A stretch of DNA of 25,399 bases. Origin: a virus. Its lineage: Duplodnaviria; Caudoviricetes. Each line of letters opens with the position of its first letter. The first letter of the stretch is position 1. Below the pieces are notes generated by a model. It was not told the DNA's origin. It searched no databases and worked only from the letters and a program-made list of their open reading frames with translations. The stretch lies in IMG/VR virus record IMGVR_UViG_3300017766_000636, positions 1-25,399 of that record. The stretch is one strand, 5' to 3'. Of this stretch, positions 17,071-24,380 are shown one piece after another. The translations under genes were made by a program, and so were the position numbers.

Positions 17071-18069
17071 GTCACTTTCTTTTACATCACGGGCTTGGTC
17101 ACGCCGTTCTATCCAGTCAAACGCCGCACGACGCCAGTCTTCTGCTAGAATTTTAATAGCGTAGTCGCGCCCGTCGCCGGTATGCTCTTTACGCACTTTA
17201 CTAATCATGGCCATCGGGTGCGCAACTTCCGCAAAGAAAGGGTTGGTGTAGTCGATGAATTCGTTGTAAGGGTCTGCGCAGAACATCTCACACTCGGTCA
17301 AAAACACCTTGTACTTTCTGTTAAGCATTATCGGCCTAGGACGCAACATATCCTGAGCGTAGTAATCGTAAGTAGCGGCATCGGGGGGTATCTCTAAATA
17401 CTGCTTCGCGTTGTAAAGTTCGGTGTACAAGTGAAAGTTGTTGCTCACTTGGCGGTACACCCCGACATTAAAATCTACGGCGGCAGCTACGAACTCTTGC
17501 AAGATACTGAAGTGCACAGCGTTAGCGCCGTAAGCGCCCCACCAAATGTCGTTGCTGCGGTTGATGACAGTCATGTTCAGTACGTCGTTACGCGTGTCAA
17601 AAATTATCTGCATGTTGCACGCTTTGTCTTTCGTCTTCCTGACTAAGTCGTAATCGCACCAAATTTGTACCACCGCTTGGCGGGTGTTAGGCTCGCGTCG
17701 CAAGAGCTTGATGACGTTGTCAAGCTGGTCGTGCCCGAAGTAAGTGCGCCATCGATGGCCATACGCAGCGTTAAAGGTCTTGCCGTCATCGCTAAAATCG
17801 GCCATGCGCTTATTAAACTGCTGCAAGAACGCAACGTCGTTACGTCCGGCTAGCATCCATATAGACTCCATAAGGTGGAAAATAGGGTTAGTGTCTCGCC
17901 CCCCGTGGAACAACACCCGCTCGGTAGGACACTGGTACACGGTTGTTACCATCTCTGGATACACCAGCGCAGGGCCATTCCGGGTCTCTTGCGGTTGAAT
18001 GTCGAGCACTTTAAACTTCCAGAATATCTCACTAAACGCCTCGTTAACATTACGTACTACGAGTTCCAT
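17026..18069 (-). CDS. dUMP hydroxymethylase (thymidylate-synthase fold, 347 aa)
   Basis: TRNG, AAYGHRWR, catalytic Cys in KDKACN, NRSNDIWWGAYGANAVHFS (Asn at the uracil-specificity position) and NNFHLY. Context next to a 5-hmdU DNA kinase favours hydroxymethylase over ThyA. Start corrected to ATG 18069 (GGAG RBS, 1 nt after the upstream stop). Confidence 0.88.
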   Translation of the reverse strand: MELVVRNVNEAFSEIFWKFKVLDIQPQETRNGPALVYPEMVTTVYQCPTERVLFHGGRDTNPIFHLMESIWMLAGRNDVAFLQQFNKRMADFSDDGKTFNAAYGHRWRTYFGHDQLDNVIKLLRREPNTRQAVVQIWCDYDLVRKTKDKACNMQIIFDTRNDVLNMTVINRSNDIWWGAYGANAVHFSILQEFVAAAVDFNVGVYRQVSNNFHLYTELYNAKQYLEIPPDAATYDYYAQDMLRPRPIMLNRKYKVFLTECEMFCADPYNEFIDYTNPFFAEVAHPMAMISKVRKEHTGDGRDYAIKILAEDWRRAAFDWIERRDQARDVKESDNRKKQVAFCEKIEL

Positions 18070-18070
18070 A

Positions 18071-18985
18071 TTAAAACTCCGTCTCTGGTTGGTATGTAGA
18101 TTTTGGCTTACCTTCTCCCCGCACGGCGCGGCAGTACTTGCCGTACTCACACATACAGTTCTGCACATCGTGTAGTGTCATGTCTACTATCTCTAAACGC
18201 TCTACTATCTCATTAAGAATGCCGCTCAATTTTGAGTTAAACTCTTTTTGCTTCCACGTGGCAAACTGCGCTTTACCGTACAAGTAGTTCAGACCACGAG
18301 AGCTACCGGGGCCAATCGGGGCGTAAGTGAAAAGATCGTCTACGTCTGCGCCGGTGTAAGTGAGGTCGGCGGCTACCTGCCCAGCCATGAACGTGCTAAT
18401 CCCAAAACATCGGCTCAGCTCAGCTACAAACCGCTCAATACTCATCCTGTTCTCACTCGTCCAGAGCGCGCTACCAATCTGTTCAGCGTTCTCAATCGCA
18501 CCGCCGATGATGTACTTAGCCGCCGCCTTAGCCTTATTACCCCCCGGCTCAGCTTTTGTGGGGTACACCATGTACGCGCCAGTCCAAACCTTTTTACCGT
18601 CGGCTTTGATGCGTTCAAGCGTGTGCTCAAACGCGGCGGCATCAAAGTCTGTGGGAGAGCAGGGTATAACGCCGTTATCAATCAACGCATGTAGTGTAGG
18701 TGGCCAGTTGATTAAGCGGGCGATGAGCAGAGTGAACCAAAGATCTTTTCTCTCAAGGTTCGGCGTTATTAAGTTATCAATCACCCACTGCGACACTCGG
18801 TCATCGCGGCGACGGACGTTGGTGAACTTGTACTTAGAGAGTACATGGTCTGTAGTCCACGGAGCCGGATGGCCGTTCTCACGAGCGAGGCGAATAGCTT
18901 CACGCTCCCAAATGAAATAAAGCAAACCCGGCAGGGAGCAGACTGTCTCTCGCGTAGGTCTTGGGTGTGGGCATTCATCAATCAT
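18071..18985 (-). CDS. 5-hydroxymethyluracil DNA kinase (aGPT-Pplase1 family)
   Basis: FIWEREAIR..PWTTDHVLSKYKFTNVRRRDDRVS, GAYMV, FMAGQVAADL, GPGSSRGL and DVQNCMCEYGKY motifs. Confidence 0.9.
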   Translation of the reverse strand: MIDECPHPRPTRETVCSLPGLLYFIWEREAIRLARENGHPAPWTTDHVLSKYKFTNVRRRDDRVSQWVIDNLITPNLERKDLWFTLLIARLINWPPTLHALIDNGVIPCSPTDFDAAAFEHTLERIKADGKKVWTGAYMVYPTKAEPGGNKAKAAAKYIIGGAIENAEQIGSALWTSENRMSIERFVAELSRCFGISTFMAGQVAADLTYTGADVDDLFTYAPIGPGSSRGLNYLYGKAQFATWKQKEFNSKLSGILNEIVERLEIVDMTLHDVQNCMCEYGKYCRAVRGEGKPKSTYQPETEF

Positions 18986-19559
18986 TTTCGTATTCCTTCA
19001 AATAATTAACGACTATCGTGACGGGGTCTTGCCAGTCTATCCAGCGGACATCGTAACCCCCGGCTTCAGTTAATAGCTCCGCACTTCTAAAACATTGTGT
19101 ATACGCGGTGCGCATTGTCTTGTCGGGGTCAAACACCTTGTCGTTACCCGCTGCTAAGCGACGAGACAACACTCGCTCCAAGCAAATATCCCACGGCGTG
19201 TCCAAGAACCCGAAGATAGCCCCGTGTTCTTTAAGAATCGGGGCTACGTGTCCACCGGCGCTCGACTTGCTCATCAGCAGCCCTTCTACGAGCACATGAC
19301 CATGGCCCCATGCCTTTACTACTCGCTCTGCTATCTCTTCCTGCGTGTTTATACCGTCCGTACCGCCACAGGCGTTCTCATAACTACCGACAACGTAGAC
19401 AGGCATCCTAATACCCCACGAGGAGGCATCTACGCTGTAGCCTAAGGGTTTACCAGGCTTTCCGCCCAGCGGAGTGCACGGCAGCTTGTCCAGGAAGCGA
19501 CGCACTATCGTAGTCTTACCTGAGCCGTTGCATCCGCGAATGTTGACAATTTGACTCAT
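18978..19559 (-). CDS. P-loop nucleotide kinase associated with thymidine hypermodification
   Basis: NIRGCNGSGKTT Walker A, GSYENACGGTD, VLVEGL and LDTPWDICLERVLSRR lid motif; sits between the transferase and DNA kinase genes. Confidence 0.8.
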   Translation of the reverse strand: MSQIVNIRGCNGSGKTTIVRRFLDKLPCTPLGGKPGKPLGYSVDASSWGIRMPVYVVGSYENACGGTDGINTQEEIAERVVKAWGHGHVLVEGLLMSKSSAGGHVAPILKEHGAIFGFLDTPWDICLERVLSRRLAAGNDKVFDPDKTMRTAYTQCFRSAELLTEAGGYDVRWIDWQDPVTIVVNYLKEYEND

Positions 19560-20536
19560 AAAAAGTGCTCCGCTCGGTAAGGTGCGCCGGTCTCTGGGAA
19601 CACGGCGGCTTTCTGGTTAATGGTCAGCTGTTCCCCGCCGCACTCAACACGTAACCAGTCGGGCAGCGCCGTTCTCATGTCTTTGAATACAGCCGTATAC
19701 GCGCTCTGCCCACGCGCATCGGCCCACTCAATACGCTCTTGCGCCATGTCGGCGTAGACGCCGGGGTAGCGACGACCGAAGAAGTGATTTTTGAACGTGC
19801 ACAAGTTAGACTCAAAAGTAAACCTGCTAGCGCCCGGTACTCCGCAGGTGTCTAGATATTCGCCAGTTTTCTGAGTCAACCACCCGCACATCTTACCGAA
19901 CTCTGGGTAATTACCGTCTTGCCCGTTGAGTAGGCGCTTGTCCCATACAAGCTCGTCTTTACCCAGCAAGAACAGCATGCCGTTGCGATGGGACTTGCTA
20001 CCGGACTTGTCATTGAAAAGTAAATCGTCGCAGTCAGCACCATACCCCATAATCTTAACATACTCTAAATATGAGAACGAAGACAACCGACCAAAACTGT
20101 AGTAGCGATTACGTACTAACTCCCACAGCTCAGCATATGTGCCGGTCAACATCTTGACCTGTGTACCGTGCTCAGCCACCAACAACGCGTAATTTTTTAT
20201 AGCTTGTATCGTGTCTCGCTTCTGATACCGACGGTCGGTGTCAAACTGCAGCGTGTCCCACTCGGCATTGAACCAGTCGGTGAACCGGGTTAACGCCGCT
20301 GTCGCCGGGGGAACAACCGGAAGCTGCTCAAATAAACGCAGCGAGGTGATCGGGTTCTGCGTCATACCATTTAAGTAAGCGAACCAGAGCTTCTGCTCGG
20401 CGTCCCAGTTATACTGGCGAGCTAACTCCGGCATGTACAGGTATACCAGTCCAGGCATAACGCAATGCTGCAGGTTCATCCGGTACAGCGCGTCAAAATA
20501 CTTGCGTCGGTTTTCAGGCAATCTGTAATCCGTCAT
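19556..20536 (-). CDS. Amino acid:DNA transferase (aGPT-Pplase2 family)
   Basis: EQKLWFAYLNG, FDTDRRY, FGRLSSFSYLE, GSKSHRNG, ESNLCTFK and RYPGVYADM motifs; operon context. Confidence 0.85.
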   Translation of the reverse strand: MTDYRLPENRRKYFDALYRMNLQHCVMPGLVYLYMPELARQYNWDAEQKLWFAYLNGMTQNPITSLRLFEQLPVVPPATAALTRFTDWFNAEWDTLQFDTDRRYQKRDTIQAIKNYALLVAEHGTQVKMLTGTYAELWELVRNRYYSFGRLSSFSYLEYVKIMGYGADCDDLLFNDKSGSKSHRNGMLFLLGKDELVWDKRLLNGQDGNYPEFGKMCGWLTQKTGEYLDTCGVPGASRFTFESNLCTFKNHFFGRRYPGVYADMAQERIEWADARGQSAYTAVFKDMRTALPDWLRVECGGEQLTINQKAAVFPETGAPYRAEHFL

Positions 20537-21489
20537 GCGGACTTCCTCGTATAAAAAGGCTCGACCACTTTAGTGTCAGGCGCACTACCTACAATCCAAA
20601 AGGCGGTGCTGTCATCATACGCTAACTGCCCGTGTTGTGTCAACCAGCGCCACATCTTGGCTTCATAAGTGGGATGAAAACTGATCCCGTCAAAACCCTC
20701 CCCTTTAAAGTGGTCGCTGTACTTGCTGTACCCGTTGTCGTGCAGGCTGTAGTGCTTGAGCTTAAACGGTAAGTTATCAACGTCAACACCAATGTACGCT
20801 AACCGCTCACGCATCCAGCTGCGCTTGTCTGGCCCGATGCCGATTGTGAACAGCTCTTCAATATTGTGTGGGTCGCGACTCAGGCCGAGCATTATGCTCG
20901 TCAGCGAGTTACAAGACCCAGCGGGAACTATTAAGCGCCTGACCTCTGGCGGTACATTAGTGGTCTGATACGCGCCGACTTCGTGGAACTTGCGCACGTC
21001 TTCCGCAGCATAACGGTCGTGAGGTAGAGTGATGCCGTACTCGACCACGAGTGATGTAGGTTGCGTTAGGTCAATTACTTTACGCTGTAAAATAGGGTTG
21101 TACGGGCCAGAGGCGTATTCAAACTCGGCGTCGAACCCGTGGGCCATACGCGGGTTCTCGTGACGCAACACAGTCTCCGGCTTGCTGTAGACTACCTGCC
21201 GAGCGCGTAACCCGTAATGCGCACCGACAATCGCGCTCATGCTCAGCTGCGGAGACTGAACACTAGCGCCGGTCACAATGTGGGTCTTACCCTCACGGAA
21301 CCGATTGACGTACCAGATAAGCTGGCGCATCTTTGAGCCGTTAGGCCCACTGTAACCGAGAGGGGCAAAGTAATCATCCCGCTTGAACCACATACCCTTA
21401 TGGTTCTCCCACGGGGTATGCGTGCCTAAGTGCTGCTCCCACTTAACAACGTCGCGGTTGAGCGACAGCTCCGGGAATACGGTTTTCAT
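20533..21489 (-). CDS. PLP-dependent enzyme (fold type II), likely DNA-bound amino-acid decarboxylase
   Basis: WFKRDD..GPNGSKMRQ (PLP lysine), VPAGSCNS phosphate loop and FHPTYEAK. Cysteine desulfhydrase/ACC deaminase-like pattern adjacent to the transferase. Confidence 0.85.
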   Translation of the reverse strand: MKTVFPELSLNRDVVKWEQHLGTHTPWENHKGMWFKRDDYFAPLGYSGPNGSKMRQLIWYVNRFREGKTHIVTGASVQSPQLSMSAIVGAHYGLRARQVVYSKPETVLRHENPRMAHGFDAEFEYASGPYNPILQRKVIDLTQPTSLVVEYGITLPHDRYAAEDVRKFHEVGAYQTTNVPPEVRRLIVPAGSCNSLTSIMLGLSRDPHNIEELFTIGIGPDKRSWMRERLAYIGVDVDNLPFKLKHYSLHDNGYSKYSDHFKGEGFDGISFHPTYEAKMWRWLTQHGQLAYDDSTAFWIVGSAPDTKVVEPFYTRKSA

Positions 21490-21908
21490 GCGGTTGCCCC
21501 TGAGACAGCGACCAGCATGAAGCTGCGCTCGTTGATTTGAATAATCTTTTGCTCACCGATCTTTGCAGCGGCGTAAAGCTGCGCGGTCAATCGGTCTTGC
21601 TGCGCGCTGGTCAGCCAGTCGGGATGGTCGCGCCACATCTGGTACGCGTTCTTCCAGGTCTCGCCGCTGCTCAAACAAATGAGGGTGCGGTCGAGCTTGA
21701 GAGACGCCTTCATGCTCGGTCGAGTGGTAGAGTTATCAACCTTCTGTTTAATCGCTTTCCCCTCTTTTAGTAAAGTGTCAAACACCTCGGTACACCTCCG
21801 TTCGGCGGTCTTGCGGTCTCTAAACCGCTTGACCGGCACAGTGCTGTGGCGGTTGTAGAATGATAACAGTTGCGGGGTCGTCATGTTAGAGAATTTTAAA
21901 AAGCTCAC
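21486..21908 (-). CDS. Hypothetical basic protein (140 aa)
   Basis: GTG start with GGAG RBS; GTGA and ATGA overlaps on both sides; YN..PVKRFRDRKTAERR motif. Confidence 0.75.
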   Translation of the reverse strand: MSFLKFSNMTTPQLLSFYNRHSTVPVKRFRDRKTAERRCTEVFDTLLKEGKAIKQKVDNSTTRPSMKASLKLDRTLICLSSGETWKNAYQMWRDHPDWLTSAQQDRLTAQLYAAAKIGEQKIIQINERSFMLVAVSGATA

Positions 21909-22120
21909 TTAGTGGTCTCCAGACTTCGGTTGTCAGTGTTCCCGTAGCGTTCTTCGCAGACGCTTTGGAGATTATTGTAATCCGTGTGGACGCGGTCTCT
22001 TACTCGTGCGCAGTAGTCCTGCTCTTGGCGAAGGTCTTCTTCGTAATCAGTATTACCGGCTAGACCGAAGCCTATGACCGTTAAAGTGAAGATTAGAGTT
22101 ATTGTACCTGCTCGCTTCAT
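21905..22120 (-). CDS. Small exported/membrane-anchored protein (71 aa)
   Basis: MKR plus a hydrophobic stretch (signal peptide/anchor), two Cys downstream; AGGA RBS. Confidence 0.7.
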   Translation of the reverse strand: MKRAGTITLIFTLTVIGFGLAGNTDYEEDLRQEQDYCARVRDRVHTDYNNLQSVCEERYGNTDNRSLETTK

Positions 22121-22136
22121 TTTAATTTCCTAGTTA

Positions 22137-22325
22137 TTAGTTAACAGCGCGGAGCTGTGCGAATTCATCTGCAGACAACGCTTTTTCTACGTCTGGCTCT
22201 TGCGCACAGACCCAAAACCCGGTATCCAGCTTAGCGTACATGCCCCCGTCGCAGTCTACTACCCGGTGCCATTCTTTATCAGCTTCTGTGTATACCCAAT
22301 CGCCTGCAAAGATTATTAAACCCAT
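22137..22325 (-). CDS. Hypothetical protein (62 aa, MGLIIFAGDW...)
   Basis: Start corrected to ATG 22325 with GGAG 7 nt upstream; the longer ORF-track start would overlap the upstream 59-aa gene. Confidence 0.7.
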   Translation of the reverse strand: MGLIIFAGDWVYTEADKEWHRVVDCDGGMYAKLDTGFWVCAQEPDVEKALSADEFAQLRAVN

Positions 22326-22348
22326 CTCAATTCTCCAGCTATTAGTTA

Positions 22349-22528
22349 TTAAAAGGTTTGCTGCTGAACATTCAAACTGTAACCGAGGCTGACCAGTTTT
22401 TTGCAAGCGGCGTCGGTAAAGGTTTTAGTGCCGATCAAGTCGGCTAATCTGAGAGCTACTTCGCAAACCGGATAAACCGTTTTGTTACCGTAGTTGTTGG
22501 TGATGCGAATAGTGATGGGTTGTGTCAT
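22349..22528 (-). CDS. Small phage protein missed by the ORF track (59 aa, MTQPITIRITNNYGNKTVYPVCEVALRLADLIGTKTFTDAACKKLVSLGYSLNVQQQTF)
   Basis: Translated by hand; GGAG RBS 7 nt upstream; fills the gap exactly; YG..VYP.C..GTKT.T..LGY pattern resembles a recurrent small phage family. Confidence 0.8.
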   Translation of the reverse strand: MTQPITIRITNNYGNKTVYPVCEVALRLADLIGTKTFTDAACKKLVSLGYSLNVQQQTF

Positions 22529-22579
22529 TTCAAGTCTCCAGTTATTAAGTTATCTGTCGCCATCCTTGGCGGTGGTTGT

Positions 22580-22819
22580 TTAGTAAAATGAATGCTCGTA
22601 GTCACAGCTTCCGTAGTGCTCGTTCTGCGCTTCGATCAAATCCTCGCGCCTTTGAATCTCGCGCACTATTGCGCTTTTGTGATTAGGCCATTGCTCCATG
22701 CTGTTGCGGCGCAGACTGGCGGGCATCTTCTGGAATTTTGCATCTGTCTGCACAATGTGCTGGCGCAGTTCTTCACAAGTAAAAGGTTTCATCCCGCTTA
22801 CTGTTGCTTTTATCATCAT
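22580..22819 (-). CDS. Hypothetical protein (79 aa)
   Basis: First gene after promoter P2; AAGGA RBS. Confidence 0.7.
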   Translation of the reverse strand: MMIKATVSGMKPFTCEELRQHIVQTDAKFQKMPASLRRNSMEQWPNHKSAIVREIQRREDLIEAQNEHYGSCDYEHSFY

Positions 22820-22872
22820 TTTCGTTTTCCTTTTTGGTTAACTTGCTATGAGTTATCTACGTTATAAAGCTA

Positions 22873-22931
22873 TGGAATGAATTATAGCCTGATAGTTTTC
22901 AGGAAGGCAAGCGTTTTTCACAATTATTTTT
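22873..22931 (-). promoter_or_regulatory. Sigma70-like early promoter P2 with UP-like element
   Basis: Minus strand AAAAATAATTGTGAAAAACGC-TTGCCT-N18-TATAAT-TCATTCCA; near-identical to P3 outside the spacer. Confidence 0.88.
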
Positions 22932-23264
22932 CTCTTTCTCTATGTGGTATGCAAACTCACTCAACCGGCTCATGACCAATTCAGCCAAAGAATACGCAAC
23001 AGATAGCGGGGACTCTAGTATTGCAGCTTCTATGGCGGTGCGATGCACCTGCTTTTGCGCTAGCGTAAGCTCGGCAGCCGCCTCAGGCGCGGCAACAATC
23101 TCAACCGCAGCGGCTGGGAGCTGCAGCTGGTTGAGGAACTCTATAAGCCCCGCTTTGTCATATGGGACGTCTATGAGTTCCCACCCCACGCCGAACTGCT
23201 TGGCTATATTCATAGCTTCTTCTTTAGTGCCTACCCAGCGTGAATTAGTAAAGTACAGCTTCAT
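22899..23264 (-). CDS. Hypothetical protein (121 aa)
   Basis: AAGGAG RBS, ATGA overlap; WVGT..DVPYDKAGLIEFLN motif. Confidence 0.72.
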   Translation of the reverse strand: MKLYFTNSRWVGTKEEAMNIAKQFGVGWELIDVPYDKAGLIEFLNQLQLPAAAVEIVAAPEAAAELTLAQKQVHRTAIEAAILESPLSVAYSLAELVMSRLSEFAYHIEKEKNNCEKRLPS

Positions 23265-23473
23265 TTCTCACTCTCCTTGTCGATGATGGCGCGCAGTTGG
23301 TTTGATAGGCGGTTACTGCTCAGGTAGACCTGCATCTCTTTCAGCAGCTCCACCGGCACCAGCACCTTGCCTGCGAACAACTCGCGGAGGTCGTCTTTGC
23401 TAACTACAAAGGCGCTTGATTCATGGCACCAGAATTGGCACGATGCCGCCCATTTCTCCAGTTCAGCGTTCAT
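23261..23473 (-). CDS. Hypothetical protein (70 aa, MNAELEKW...)
   Basis: Start corrected to ATG 23473: AAGGAGG RBS and ATGA overlap with the upstream ORF. Confidence 0.7.
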   Translation of the reverse strand: MNAELEKWAASCQFWCHESSAFVVSKDDLRELFAGKVLVPVELLKEMQVYLSSNRLSNQLRAIIDKESEK

Positions 23474-23664
23474 ACCTTCCTCCTTAGCAGCGCGACGCGC
23501 AGCTGGATTGCTGTTGTAAGTATCTCGTTGCGCCAGTGTCGGCAAGCGCAAAGGGCGGGGCCACGTGGCATCTTCCTCTTGTTTGCTACTGACAGGTATA
23601 CCCGCGACAGGGCGTACTGCGCACGTGCCACGTTCAGCCAGCCGCGTAGTAGTGATATTGTCAT
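23470..23664 (-). CDS. Hypothetical basic protein (64 aa)
   Basis: GAGGTG RBS; ATGA overlaps at both ends. Confidence 0.62.
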   Translation of the reverse strand: MTISLLRGWLNVARAQYALSRVYLSVANKRKMPRGPALCACRHWRNEILTTAIQLRVALLRRKV

Positions 23665-24059
23665 TTCACACCTCGATAAAAAATATGGTTATCAATTGTA
23701 GCTACAACGTAGCCACTGCTTGCCCAATCCGGGTGAACCCATAGGGCATGATAGTGCGTAGCATCTCCTACCACCGGAGCACTGCGCCCCTCGTACACAG
23801 CCTGCGCTACACGCTGCGCAGAAAGCCAAGACACGCTGTCGAGATCAGGCTGATCTGATTTGCCGTCACAGTAAAAACTAAACGCGCATTCCCGGTAGGT
23901 CTCTCCTCCGTCGTAGACCACACTGCAGGCATCGTCCGGGTAGCGCGGGTCGTGCATCCTGTTAATCACTACTTCTGCCACCGCGAAACGGCCAGCGAGT
24001 GGTTCACCTCTGGCCTCCCAGTATATTGCGACCGCAATACACATCACCTCGTACAACAT
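23661..24059 (-). CDS. Cell-wall hydrolase, SleB / Hydrolase_2 family
   Basis: CIAVAIYWEARGE..AVAEVVINR..AFSFYCDG..ATHYHA..PDWA..IDNHIFY. Confidence 0.9.
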   Translation of the reverse strand: MLYEVMCIAVAIYWEARGEPLAGRFAVAEVVINRMHDPRYPDDACSVVYDGGETYRECAFSFYCDGKSDQPDLDSVSWLSAQRVAQAVYEGRSAPVVGDATHYHALWVHPDWASSGYVVATIDNHIFYRGVK

Positions 24060-24337
24060 TACAGCCCAACTCTTTTAGCTAAAGACAGCTTATCTGTCTC
24101 CATAAAGTAGCAGGACAGCAGCTGCCCCCTGCGAGGAGACGACAGCGGTTCCAGCTCGTCTAGCTTCGCGTTAAAACCGTACTGAATCTCGTCCTGCGTG
24201 CGCCAATCGAACTGATCGAGCAGCACAGTTTTTGCTGCAAACACGCCTCCTCGGGCTGCTACCGTGCGCTGTGCGTGCAGCTCGATGGCCAGATCCGCGC
24301 CAAGCTTGCGTGCTGCCTTGTTTGATGTCTTGATCAT
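24059..24337 (-). CDS. Hypothetical protein (92 aa)
   Basis: GAGGAG RBS; TAATG coupling to the hydrolase gene. Confidence 0.7.
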   Translation of the reverse strand: MIKTSNKAARKLGADLAIELHAQRTVAARGGVFAAKTVLLDQFDWRTQDEIQYGFNAKLDELEPLSSPRRGQLLSCYFMETDKLSLAKRVGL

Positions 24338-24380
24338 GGTCGTGCTCCTCTGCCCCCCGTAGGGGGCTGCTGATGGTTGG

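Noticed and set aside
17026-18168. 380-aa ORF-track version of the hydroxymethylase, and a plain ThyA call
   Set aside because: The extra 33 codons overlap the DNA-kinase gene and lack an RBS. Motifs and the neighbouring 5-hmdU kinase argue for a hydroxymethylase.
18248-18920. Long + strand ORFs (148 and 186 aa) opposite the 5-hmdU DNA kinase
   Set aside because: Antisense shadows of a well-supported gene; no recognisable motifs.
22326-22406. N-terminal extension of the 89-aa ORF and a possible TTGCAA-N19-TACAGT promoter
   Set aside because: The region is better explained by the 59-aa gene; the spacer is too long and the -10 is weak.
23474-23551. N-terminal extension of the 96-aa ORF
   Set aside because: Overlaps the coupled 64-aa gene; the strong AAGGAGG RBS points to ATG 23473.
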